Assembly: GCA_013115145.1 (NCBI GenBank)
Contig: JAAPAO010000381.1
Coordinates: forward strand, 1-34,406
Length of the DNA: 34,406 bases
Origin: Perkinsus chesapeaki ATCC PRA-425
Lineage: Eukaryota; Protista; Perkinsozoa
Direction of reading: 5' to 3'
The notes under the pieces were generated by a model. The model saw only the letters and a program-made list of their open reading frames with translations, ran no database searches and had not been told where the DNA came from. A program made the translations under genes and the position numbers. This document shows, one piece after another, positions 1 to 12,300 of this stretch. Numbering within the stretch: the stretch's first letter is position 1; every line of letters begins with the position of its first letter.

Positions 1-2058
1 CTTCCATGATGAAGACCATACCAAGGAATCAAAGGCTTTCTGGAAATCAACGAATACCGAAGCAATCTTCATTGTTGACTCCCATTTATTCCATAATAAT
101 CTCACAGGATCTCTACAGCTCTTCCCAGACGTAAAACCATATTGATGTTTCAAGAGTCTTTTTTCAACTGCTTCCTTTACTCTTTCAAGTATTATCAATG
201 ACACAATTCTCTCAACAAAAGATAGTAGAGAGATACCTCTATACCCTCCAGGCTCCTTCCTACTACATTTCCCTTTGAATAAAGTCACCAAAATAGCAGT
301 ATAATGTTCTTCCACTAGCTTTTCCCCCCTCCAAAACGCCCTTATAATTATTCCCAAAACTTTCTGACATTCCTCAGAGTTTTTGAACAACTCTGTCGGC
401 AATTCATCCATTCCAACTGCCTTATTATTCCTCATCTTCTTACACATTTTAATTACTTCGTCATCACTTGGAGGCGTATTATCAATACTCCATTCCTTCC
501 CGATTATTTCTGATGAGTTTTTGGCCAAATGAAAAGCCCTCCTCTGTTCATATTCTGATCTCTGATCTGGCACCTGTCTCCCTAACAAGCTTTCAAAATG
601 ATTAATGAAAGCATTCATATCCATCCCTGTGAGATCCACTCCACTATATCGTTTCCCACTGAGCATCCTTATGATTGCGTATAACTCTTTTAGATTATTC
701 ACCCTGGCCGCATTTTCAGCCTTCTCAGTCTGCTGTTTTAACCACTCCCGCTTATCAGCTTTCAACATCCTCTTCACCTCCTTCCGGACTTCAAGCAAAT
801 GTCCATAATGATTCGTCCCCTTCTCCACCCTTTCCCACATCTCATTTCGCAGCTTCATTTTAATCCACGTGTTCTGTGATATCCAAGGTTTCCTCTTCTC
901 TCCATTTTTAGGGCACCTTTCCAGACCTTTCTTTATCCCCTGCTTCAACTTGTACCATCGTTCTTCCAAACTTATATTAGATGTCTCATCCATTATATCC
1001 TTATAATTATTTCCTTTCAGTTCCTCATTTACGGCGATTCCTCCCTCTAATGACCTCAATCTCACTGATATATTATTATTCCTTTTCATATCCCTAACCC
1101 CACAGGGCTTCATCTCAATGTATAATAACCTTAAGGAATGATCAGAGTGATGAAATGTATCCCATCTATTCTTCACATCCTTAATAGTTCTTTTGTCTCG
1201 ACTTCTCACAAGAAAATGATCATACTCCCTGAACTTCCTTCCCCCTTCATCCACTTGGAAATTTCCTCTCATTGTGTATTTTTTCACATCCTTTTTAATG
1301 AAATTTGATGCAACTATGCTTAAACCTCTTGTATTTGCATATTCAACCAATCTCTCCCCATTTCTATTCCTCAACCCTACGCCATGAATTCCCAATGCTG
1401 GATCTCCTGTATTTCCACCAGTTTCTCCATTAAAATCCCCACCCGACACAATCTCATCAATCTCTTTTGTATCCTCAAGTACCTTTTCCATATCATACCA
1501 GAACTTATTTTTTATGTCATCAGTAGCCTCTTCAGTCGGCCCATATGCTGAAACTAATTTTAAATTTCTTCCTGCTCTACCTTTTATCACCATATACGCC
1601 AGTCTCCCACTTACTATCCTAAAATCTATAATATCCTCCTTCCTTCTCTGATGAACCACAATGGCTACACCACCAACTCGTGCCCCATTCTTGCTCCTCC
1701 ATGCACCCCCTCTCCAAAAATAATATTCTCCACACCTCCAAGCCGATTGTTCTTCCTCCCATCTAGTCTCTTGTATCAACGCTACATCCACTCCTTTTTC
1801 CAATAAATCTTTAGCAATAGCTGATGGCCCTCCCGTGGTAATCATAGACATAACATTCCATGTAGCTATTAAATATCTAGCCTTCTTAACAATTCTCTTG
1901 TTCTCGTCCCTCTTCATTCTTTCCCCTGATCCAGCTAACTCCTTTTTATATTTTCTTCTTTCCATCCACCTTATCCTAGCCCGTATTTTAACCTTTATTT
2001 GACGGTTAGTAAAACCTAGCCCAGCCAACTCTCTCGAATATGATTGAATACCCGTCAT
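1..2058 (-). CDS. APE endonuclease-reverse transcriptase polyprotein, 3'-partial (686 codons from ATG 2058 to the window edge; later in-frame ATGs at 1965 and 1917)
   Basis: Hand translation found no stop from 2193 to 1. APE motifs: LIATWNV, DVALIQETRW, VSAYGPT, GDFNG, EYDHFL, SDH. RT motifs: KAVGMDELPTE, YRGISLL, QYGFTSGKS, VFVDFQKAFDS. Absent from the ORF track, presumably because it runs off the edge. Confidence 0.93.
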   Translation of the reverse strand, partial: MTGIQSYSRELAGLGFTNRQIKVKIRARIRWMERRKYKKELAGSGERMKRDENKRIVKKARYLIATWNVMSMITTGGPSAIAKDLLEKGVDVALIQETRWEEEQSAWRCGEYYFWRGGAWRSKNGARVGGVAIVVHQRRKEDIIDFRIVSGRLAYMVIKGRAGRNLKLVSAYGPTEEATDDIKNKFWYDMEKVLEDTKEIDEIVSGGDFNGETGGNTGDPALGIHGVGLRNRNGERLVEYANTRGLSIVASNFIKKDVKKYTMRGNFQVDEGGRKFREYDHFLVRSRDKRTIKDVKNRWDTFHHSDHSLRLLYIEMKPCGVRDMKRNNNISVRLRSLEGGIAVNEELKGNNYKDIMDETSNISLEERWYKLKQGIKKGLERCPKNGEKRKPWISQNTWIKMKLRNEMWERVEKGTNHYGHLLEVRKEVKRMLKADKREWLKQQTEKAENAARVNNLKELYAIIRMLSGKRYSGVDLTGMDMNAFINHFESLLGRQVPDQRSEYEQRRAFHLAKNSSEIIGKEWSIDNTPPSDDEVIKMCKKMRNNKAVGMDELPTELFKNSEECQKVLGIIIRAFWRGEKLVEEHYTAILVTLFKGKCSRKEPGGYRGISLLSFVERIVSLIILERVKEAVEKRLLKHQYGFTSGKSCRDPVRLLWNKWESTMKIASVFVDFQKAFDSLVWSSSWK

Positions 2059-2326
2059 TCGTTGACCACTTGGGTCTTCTTCCCCGTCTGCCCCAGTACC
2101 ACCATTTTCGACCAATCTACTCACACCTAGGGCTGACTGTGAGGATCTGGTCTGCCTATTTCTATTATTCGGAGCTTGAAGCTTTTTATACTCTCATGGG
2201 GTTGCCAGCCCTCACAAGGGTACCCTCCCACTTTGACGTTGTGTTTCCACCTTCGTCTTTACGGCCTTGGGACCGTCTTCTGTGTAATCATAGGTTCAAC
2301 CCTTAGATCTCATCAGAAGGGGTGGT
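1..2326 (-). mobile_element. RTE-clade non-LTR retrotransposon (LINE), 5' portion; continues past the left edge of the window
   Basis: Minus strand encodes an APE endonuclease followed by RT in one frame. Composition is visibly more GC-rich and lacks host-type trinucleotide runs. It switches abruptly to a (CTA)n tract at ~2327. The short N-terminus running straight into APE is typical of RTE; the clade call is inferred. Confidence 0.9.
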
Positions 2327-2327
2327 T

Positions 2328-2366
2328 ACTACTACTACTACTACTACTACTGCTGCTACTACTACT
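2328..2366 (+). repeat. (CTA)n microsatellite with a CTG interruption, flanking the LINE 5' end
   Basis: Direct reading. It lies just upstream of the acceptor ...gatagtag|gttttt at 2390. Confidence 0.9.
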
Positions 2367-2390
2367 AGTTGTTATTAATGTTGATAGTAG

Positions 2391-4254
2391 GTTTTTAAGA
2401 TGGTTATGTAGTATTATAAGGAGTGTTGGTTGTAATGGTACATTCAATAATGAAGAAGTTAGATGGTTATTTAATAAATTAGATTATTTATGTGATGATA
2501 TAAGAAAAGATACTCGAGTAGGTAGCTCATCAAATGCAGCTATATATTCTAAAGATCTACAAGATGCATCATTATTATCAAGTTTTGGTAAAGAACAAGA
2601 ATATAAACCATGGCATCTACAAATAGATGCAGATGAAGTTGGTAATGAAGCTAGATATGCTAATCATGCTGATGATCCAAATGCAGCATTAGTATTGAGG
2701 CCACAGAATGGTGGTGGACCATTAACAAGATGGTTAGTAGCTACAAGAGATATAATGCCTGGTGAGGAGATAACTACACATTATGGGCCAACTTATTGGG
2801 ATATACTTATTAATAATAAAGTACAGCAAGTAACATTTAATAACAAAGGAGAAAAATATATTAATAATAATGATAATAATAATAATGATAATAATAATAA
2901 TAATAATAATGTTGATAATGATACTGTTGAAAATGATAATGTTGATAATGATAATGTTGATAATGATAATGTTGATAATGATACTGTTGATAATGATAAT
3001 GTTGATGCATTATCAGTATCTAGCAGTAGTAGTTCTTCCTCTTCTACAATAACTTATTCTATTGATACGGATTGGGGTTCATGGCCATCATTGAGTGATA
3101 ACGAAGATAATAATGATAATAATGATGATGATGTTGTTATTAAATTACCTTTTCCAGCTTATAATAATAAACATGATGATGGTTTTGAATATGATAATAT
3201 TAGTAGTAATAATAAAAGGTATAATGGTTATTGTGAATATTATAATGGTGTTATGGTTATGCCACATGATAGGGAATTAGGTGCACATCAACTATTACAG
3301 TATTATTCTAGGCAGCAGCATCACCACTGTGCTCCTGCTGGTGGTGGGGGTGTAATGGTAGTGGAATATAATAGAATTCGAGATCCAATGTTAAAAGTTG
3401 TTAAATGTGATAGGAAGCATCCTGCTTATCCTGGTAATAAGCTAATAGCTTTATATAAATTAAATAAAGGATCAACTATATGTATATATGGTGGTATAAT
3501 GAGAAGATATGCTGATAAAATAATGGATGTATTAAATGGATCACATTATATTATATCAGTTATAGCACCAACATATAGCTCATATGGTTTAGAAATAGAT
3601 GATAGTACATTACAGTTTAAAAGTGTACAAAAAGAATATCCATCATTTGCACCATTTAGTAATAAAAGAAGAGTACTTGGTAATGATGGTGCTGCTGGTG
3701 GTGATTTATCGTCAATAAAGAATATTAATGGTTTAGGTAAAGATGTTACTAAATTAATAATTAGTAGATTAATAGATCCAATATGGCATCCAACAATACA
3801 ATATATTAAACATAAGTTTATATTTAATAATAATACTAATAATAATACTAATACTACTACTAATGGTAGTAGTATTAAATCTAAGAATTTAGCAATAGCA
3901 ATGAAATATCTTGGGCCTAATAAAAAACCATTGATAACATATAAAGGTATGTTTATACCACCACCACTAGAGGGTTATTATCATCATGATGATGACTACT
4001 CAACAAGAAGAAGAAGAGATGATTGTAAATCTGATTTAGAATGGGAATATGTTGTAGCTCGAGGGAAAGCTTTGTTGAATCGTACTACATCACCACCAGT
4101 CGCAGCAGATGTTAATAATAATAAAGAACAACAATACAATAATGGACAACAGGATATGGAGGAAGAAGAGAATAATAATGGAAGTGTTGGTGGGGCTACT
4201 ACTGGTGGTAGAAGATATAATAATATATTAAGTGATGATAAAAGACAGGGATGA
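2391..4254 (+). CDS. SET-domain protein (putative lysine methyltransferase), 5'-partial; upstream exons probably lie left of the LINE
   Basis: SET C-terminal motifs IDADEVGNEARYANHADDPNA and ATRDIMPGEEITTHYGPTYW. The ORF-track N-terminus (2176-2390) is LINE UTR plus intronic microsatellite (poly-L). Confidence 0.8.
2911..3006 (+). repeat. 15-bp coding minisatellite, about 6.4 copies, encoding VDNDN/VDNDT
   Basis: gttgataatgataat and variants in tandem, in frame within the SET ORF. Confidence 0.9.
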
Positions 4255-4392
4255 CGGAATAATATATTTGATAATATTTATGATGAATATTATTAGTTTG
4301 ATGATGATAATGCATGTATAATATTAAGTAATAATAATGTTGTGTTATTATTAATATTATTATATGTTATACATTATTATTGTTATTATACG

Positions 4393-6331
4393 ATGTCCTC
4401 ATCATCATCATCAATAAATAATAATAAACCCCGGCGGCATTCAAATGGTAGGGGTGTTATACTATCAATAATAACATTTATTATTATGATGCTCGTATAT
4501 AACCAACAACAAGAACAAGAAGAAGCAAGAACAGCTAAATTTGTTATACCATCAATATCAACATCATCTAACGTATTCTTACAATCATCTTCATCATCAG
4601 CAAGAACAAGTGGGTTGTTATCTATTATTGGTAGGGTGGTGAGCAGCAGTAGAAAGTCAAGAACAGCAGCACCACCATCATCATCATCATCATCGACTAA
4701 TGATTATGACAACAGGTTTATCACCACCCATCGTTTATTATCGCCTAAAACATATTATAATTATTATTATATCGGTATTATATTATTATTTAGTGGTATG
4801 ATATATAATATGATAGTAAATAATAAACGACGAGGAAGAGGAGGAGTAGGACGAGGAGGATGTGGTACATCATCATCAGTAACTAGTAATTATTCAATGC
4901 AACATCAACAACAACATAATAATAATATGAACAACAACAAGCCTCTTAATTTACCATCAATACCTCTTCCTCCACCAACACCTAAACCATTCTCATTAAT
5001 ATTATTATCAGGTGGTAAAGGTAAACGTATGAGTAATAATAATGATAATAGATTACTACCGCCAAAACAATATATACCATTACAAGATGGAAGATCATCA
5101 GCAATAAGGTAGTAGTAATAATAATAATGTAACTGTCTAATAACAATAATAATTTTTATTATTATTATAGAGCATTTGATACGTTTATAACACATCCATT
5201 AACAAGACAAATTATAATAGTATGTCGTGAGGAGGTAGTAATAATAAAAGATTAATAAGTCGGTTTATTATTATCATTATCGTTAGTTTGAACCAATATT
5301 TAAAGAACATATAATAAACAATTATATTAGTAATATTAAAGATGAGAATGAAATTAAAGAATTAATTATACCATATATTATTGATGATGATGATGATGAT
5401 GATAGTAAAGAGGCACCAATGCTATTTATGTAAGTAGTAGATATTAACATGATGAATTAGAATAATAATAATAATAATAACAGCAGCATTTACATTATTA
5501 TTGATGTTATTTAGTGAAGGAAAGTATAAAGATATACCAAAAAGGATAGTCAGAATAGCATTTGCACGAGAAGGGAAAGAAAGACAAGATTCAGTTAGGA
5601 ATGGTTTAAATAAATTACATTATGTTGTACCAAGGTAATGATAATAATAATACTACTTATACGTATATATCTATGTGTATGTTATTATTATTATCAGTTC
5701 ATCAATATGTATACATGATGCAGCAAGACCATTAATAAATATTAATAGTATAACACGTACTGCATTAGAAGCATGCAAAAGAGATGGTGTAGCTGTGTTA
5801 GCAGTTAAAGCTAAAGCAACTATTAAAAAAGTTAAACAACAACAACAAGAAGAAGAAGGTGGGGGAAGTAATGACGATAATAATAATAATGGTGGTGGTG
5901 GGAGTATTATTGTTGACTTTACACCTAATAGAGATACAATGTGGGAAGCACAAACCCCACAAGTAGTACTATTAATAATAATAGTAGTAGTTAATATTAG
6001 TATTATTATTATTTAGATATTACCATATGGTATATTGAAGGATGGTCTTGATTTGTTATTAACTAAATCATCATCATCATCATCCTCCTCTAATGATGAT
6101 AATAATAATGTCAACAACAATCAACTAGTTACGGATGATGTATCTCTTATTGAAATATTACATAATAATAATATGTATAAAAATATCAACGTTGCTGTTG
6201 CTAATGGTGATTATGATAATATTAAATTAACAACACCTGATGATTTAATATTCTGTAATAGTCGAATAGCGCAACAACAACAACAACAAGGACAGCAACA
6301 AGGACAAGGCCAAGTGGAAGAATTAAAATGA
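4393..6331 (+). CDS. ispD: 2-C-methyl-D-erythritol 4-phosphate cytidylyltransferase (MEP pathway) with a long plastid-type N-terminal leader; multi-exon
   Basis: Exons in order give LILLSGGKGKRM...PKQYIPL, GKERQDSVRNGL, ICIHDAARPL, MWEAQTPQ, VTDDVSLIE and NIKLTTPDDL, the complete IspD motif set. First in-frame ATG is 4393; the ORF track starts at a GTG. Confidence 0.93.
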
Positions 6332-6544
6332 ATTTAATAATGTTGAAATATTACTTGGTTAATGATAGTTAATATTATCTTTATATTTCTAGTGTGTTAC
6401 CACTACTACTGATGATAAATATGTTGCTGCCATTATTAGTTTCTACAAGTATTATATGACTTAATTATCCCAATAAACGACCCCAGATCCCATCAAATAT
6501 TCGTCTAACATCACCAAAGTAGTAGTAGTCTTAACTTTATAATC

Positions 6545-7567
6545 ATGTCATCATCATCATCATCATCATCGAGATTTACTATAATTGGTGAGGAACCACC
6601 GGATACATTTTTCCTCAGAGCTGTTATATCAAGAAGTGGTCATAATAATTTATTTGGAAGATTTAACAAGAAACATATAAAAATTCATGATAAATACTAT
6701 TATAATATGTCGATATGTAAGGATAATAATCATCATCATAATCATGGTTGTAATAATAATAATGATGACCAAAAAGTAAGTTAAGAACATTGTGAGCAAC
6801 TTCACGGTTTTGCATTGTATTATTAATAGGTAATTGACAATAACTTAAATGATAATAATAACTGTTTTTATTCATCATATCATCATCCGTATGTATGGGA
6901 ATCTTTGGTATACTCTCCTACATTAATAGGCCCAATGGTAACTACGACATATTTTAAAACAATATTATATTCCCCAATAATAGATGTTATTGATAATAGT
7001 AAAATAGCATCACAAACTATTATAAATCATAATAGTAATGAAAACTATGATAATAATACCACACGTAGAAGTACGCGATTACATCATTTATCATCATCAT
7101 CATCATCATTACAGAAGAACGAATATATGAAAGAGGAAAATGAGAATCACAGAAGGAGAGTCTCACAAAGGGGAGCAGCAGTTGTGGCTCGAGCGGCTAT
7201 TATGCAAAGTATTAATGTAAAGTATGATAATAATGATGGTGGAGATAGTGACAGGGAGACAGGGAAGAGAGAAATGGATAAGAAAGAATATAAGAAGAAA
7301 GCAGAAGAGATTATTGATAGAATACTTGATGATGCACGAAAACAGGATGATGAGAAGAAGAGTGATGAAATAAGAGGGAAGAAAAGAAAAAGAGATGATA
7401 ATAAACATGCTGACAGAAAACGTAAAAAAGAAATAAAGGAAAGAATTAAGTTAGTGATGACTCCAATGGTTAAAAATGATAATGATGATCCAAGACGTAG
7501 AACAATACCAAAATGGTTAAAGGAATTACAAACTACAACCGAATGGTTGTTATGTTGTAATGATTAA
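6545..7567 (+). CDS. Hypothetical protein, probably two or more exons, with a K/E/D/R-rich C-terminus
   Basis: ORFs 6545-6784 and 6905-7567 (frame open further upstream), with a gtaag donor at ~6776. No family recognised. Confidence 0.5.
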
Positions 7568-7758
7568 TGGAAGGCATGAAAGTAGCCTCACATTATGTTT
7601 TGGGGTTATTATTATTATTGTTGTTGTGTTGTGTTGTTAAGTTACTCTTTTATAACACAATAATATACATTAAATGAATTATTAACCAAATATGCATGGT
7701 CATCACGAATATGCACCAATTACGATATTACAGAATGTACGACGATAATATTCTTAAG

Positions 7759-9206
7759 CTACAACATAGCTTTATGTGATGAAAGTCGATTACGATTTCT
7801 ATGGAGTGATGATCTTCGAATACGTTGATCACCATCATTATTAACTTTATCATGCTCATAACGTGTAGAAGCTGAAAAATAATAATTAAATAATAATTAT
7901 TATTAAGTAGAATTACATTCAGGATCACTTTGACAACATAAAGAATCCATTACTTCATCTAAACGAGCACATCCTTCATCGACCTATTTAATAATAATTA
8001 TTATCAATATATTATCAACTATGATTACTTCGCAATCAGAAAGAGAACCACCAGCTGATGATAGGCTACTCCTTCGTGAAGCAATACTACTACGCCGACG
8101 ATTATTACGATAATATCCACTCCCACGTCTATCACCTATTTCTTGAGATAATGAATTGATATCAGTATTTCAATTAGTACTGTTATTAAATTTAGGAGCT
8201 TTACGTAGTATTCTCATCCATTGACGATCATTCTCAATAAATGGGCTATATCGCATATCATGTAATGGATGATTCTCTTCACCAAGATAAGGGGGGCATG
8301 CTTCAAAATCACCAGTCCACCACCGATATCGTACAAGCTAATAATAATAATAATAATATAATAAATAATTATTATAATTATTACCTTATTAGGTGATGAC
8401 TTCATCATATCCTTCATCATAACTGCATTTAATGATGGCGTCTCATAATATCCGTTGCTTGATCTTGATAATCTTTGCTTATCAATAACAACAATTGGTG
8501 ATCCGTTACCACTACTATGACTACGGCAAGTAACAGCAGCAGCATTGATATTATTTATTATGTTATTATCACCATTTACTCTATTGTTAATAACAGCTCT
8601 CCCTAATAACTAATAATACTTATTAGTAATCAGTATTACTCCTTGTTGGTGGTAAAGAGCATTTTCCTAAACAACTTCCATTATCAATAGTATCTTTACT
8701 TGACCTATACAAATAATAATAGATACGCTATTACTATACAATTAATATTACTTATTAAATGTAGTGAGACTAGTATGAGTTGTATCCTCATCATTATCCT
8801 CATCATCATTTCGTCTAATCCATCTTCCACCACCAACAAGATTCCATTTAGCATGATGGTGATGTTTGGCAAAGAATCTATTTGAATGTTTTCGCTTATC
8901 ATCAATTGTTGTTGTTGTTGTTGATAATGAATTATTATTATCCTTCATCCCTTCTCTTGTGATGTTATTATTATTGATTGTTGATGTTGTTGCCCCTGCT
9001 GCTGCTGTTGCTGTTGCCCATGTTGTTGTTGAGTTATTGGATGAACGTGTACTACTATCTTCAACATCAACATCATTAACCATAACAACACTCATCATCT
9101 TCGTGGTCATATCATCATGGTCATAATCTTCATGTAAAATATTATTATCATCCAACATCATCATTATAGATGGATTTATAATAGATGTTGTAGAAGACAT
9201 ATCCAT
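7759..9206 (-). CDS. Hypothetical low-complexity protein, multi-exon
   Basis: Open segments (e.g. LVRYRWWTGDFEACPPYLGEENHPLHDMRYSPF, VDEGCARLDEVMDSLCC) can be joined through short GT-AG introns. No family recognised. Confidence 0.55.
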
Positions 9207-9348
9207 CTGATAATTAGTAATAATGAACTAATTCTCACTTAGTATTAATTAAAATCAACACAATAAATCAAAGTCAAATTGTTAAGTTGAAACATCAGCA
9301 GTAACGAATATTATAAAATATTATTATTAAAGTCTAATATTAACACAC

Positions 9349-12300
9349 TCAATAATGATGATAATAATATCGATTATAATTATTATGTCCATAACATTGT
9401 CCTAAGATAACATCAATCTTATCAGAAGGGAATCTTCTTAATAACAATACCTAATAATATTATTACTACTAATAACCCTTAATGTTATAATTATTACCCT
9501 TTTAACTTCATCTTTTGATAATCTAAATGTGGTAGACGTATTATTATTACCAACTACTATTCCTGTTGTTGTATATTGTTGTTTATTGTTCGTGTTATTA
9601 TTATCAATTGCATACAAATCATTAAATTCATCTAATGTCTCTAAACTTAATAATGTACATATATCCAATAATCTGCTAAATTTACGTCGTATTGGTAACT
9701 GATAATAATAATAATAATCCATACATACTAATAACACTGATATAACTGTTGATAGTTGAAATATTACATCTGATACTGATGTAAAATAATTAAGTAATCG
9801 TCTGATATCTTGATCAAATTGTATAGCACCAAGCATTGAAAAATAATGTATCTATTACAACTGTATTATTATTAGTAATAATGAGTAGTAGTAGTATTAC
9901 CTTTCCTAATTCTCCCTCTTCCTGATTTCCTGTTAATAATATATATTTTTCTATTCGTGAAGTTAGTTGATCAACTAATAGTGCAAGTATAATATTTATA
10001 CATGCCTGTGGTAATACTAATCTTAAAAACTTAAGTACCTAATAACGATATTTACGATAATATTAAATGGTATTTGCTATTGTTATTATAACCATATCAG
10101 TTTCATTAATAAAATGTTGTGCAAATGGATCATTAATTTGATAATCATTATATTCATCTTCATCAATATCATAATTAATATGATCTAATCCACTTAATGC
10201 AGGGCTAAGATATTGTATCTATTATTAATATATAATAATAATACCAATACTACTAAATTAGTAGTACTAATACTACCTTTAATTGATGTAAACACATTTT
10301 ACATCCATAATGAGTTAACTCATCAAATTCAGATCGCACCTTTTTTTATAATTATTATTATTATTAATTATTATATTATTACTTGTTCTAATTCTTCTAT
10401 TGTATGTAAATACATTTCCCTTTTACCATGATAATTATTATCATTTTGTAATATAATAATATTACCATTATTATATGTACTTAATACTTCATATAATTTA
10501 CCAACATATCTATTAATATTATTATGTCTAGTATATATTATTATTATTATTACAATGAACTTAATGCTATATTAGATAATGCATGTGGCCAGCTCTGTGA
10601 TGATGTTACATATTCTAATGGTGTTATACCATCACTTTCCGTATACCTTAATGATAATAATAATACAACTATAACTACTACTACTACTCCCAATCATAAT
10701 AATATTATTACATTCTGTATAATGGATGTTTATTATTATATATACCATCTAATTTATTATCATCTTTAATTGCTTCTAATATATATTCCTAATATAGATA
10801 TCATCTATTATAACCACCACCACCACCACCCGGCAGCAACAGTATTATTATTATTATTACTCTATGTGCTAAAAATGATGCAAAGTTCCTTTTAGAATCT
10901 TGTAATGGTTTATCCAAACATATAGTTTTATATTCATTACTTAATATTTGTACTATATTATTTATAACTGCACATGTTGAATCGATATCTTCACTTGATA
11001 ATGAACGTTCTACAGCTTTATGTAATACAAAGAATACATCATCAACAACACCTACTCATAAATTATAATAATAACTAGTATTATCATTACTACTACTACT
11101 ACTTGATGTCATTTGTTGTGGATCATCTATATCTATTCTATCTTCATGTTTTGCTTTAACTATTGTACACAATATAAATGATCTTTCATATAATACATAT
11201 TCACCCATTATAACCTATACTATAATAATAATATACTACTAGTATAATAATAACAATAGCATACTAATATAACATCATATATTACTTGTATATTTTCACT
11301 TAATTCTGTATTTTCTGGTAAACCATCTTTATTATTATCATTATTATTGTTATCCATTAATTTATTTTTATCATTATCATTTAATTCTACCATAACCTAA
11401 TACTACTACTAATAATAATATATATTATTATATATCTCCTCCGCCTTTTGTTAATACTACCTCTTTACTAATATTATGTATATAATCATTAAATTGATTA
11501 CATCTCTGTGCTATTAAACATATTTCATTAATAACCTAAACAAGTATATTCCATAATTATTATTGTATAATATTATTATTACAGCATCCTTCAAAGCTAG
11601 ATTGTCAATACCAATATTAACTGATTTATCACTACATAATGATGCAATTATTTCTGTATATGATGTTATTAATAATAATAATAATCAACATAATAATAAT
11701 AATAACAACATTACCATCTCCTTTATTCTCAAAACCTTTCATTATTTTATCTCTTGATTTCCTTATACGATTAATAACAGACATTGCTTGTATAACAGCT
11801 TCAGATTGTAAACCTCTTAATACCATAATAAAATTAATAGGTCCAAATTCCTCCTATACAATAGTAGTAATAATAATACATATTACTATTAGTATTATTA
11901 TTATTCATATAATAACATTTATATATTATTACTTCTATATTCCTTTGATGATCTTGTATTATATCAGCTACTGCTAGGAATACATCTGTTAATGTATTCA
12001 AATATGTATCGTTAATAATACCAATATCATTATTAGATGGTGATGATGATGATGTTGAAGATGAAGATGATGATGCTATTGCAGACCTAATAATAATTAT
12101 AATAATACGTATTATTAATGAATTTTGTTATTATCTTATTTTTTGTTGACATTGTTGTGCTAATGTTTGTCTTATAAATCTAACATATCTTGACACACCT
12201 TCATTCTCCATACCGAGTGGATAAAATAATCTACCACATTTCCTAACACCATCTTTATCACCACTTATTATTGATGTATCAAATAATTCACGTACAGATG

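Noticed and set aside
605-863. Short plus-strand ORFs at 605, 675 and 2040, and the many 60-120-aa I/L/Y-rich ORFs across the window
   Set aside because: They are antisense shadows of real genes or read-through of microsatellite introns.
2255-2320. Hammerhead ribozyme (CTGATGA at ~2316-2310; CAGAAGA-stem-TAAA further on)
   Set aside because: The first candidate has a weak stem II, GAAC instead of GAAA and no UH site. The second has two core substitutions and no UH. No HDV pseudoknot order could be built either.
2176-2390. N-terminus of the 692-aa ORF as a LINE-SET fusion or poly-Leu signal peptide
   Set aside because: It starts at a TTG inside the antisense LINE UTR and reads through (CTA)n ahead of an AG acceptor, so it is a chance open frame.
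8170-8172. In-frame TGA here and TAA at 28428-28430 as stop-codon reassignment
   Set aside because: Both fall inside plausible short GT-AG introns (39 and 48 nt), and the recognisable genes end at standard stops.
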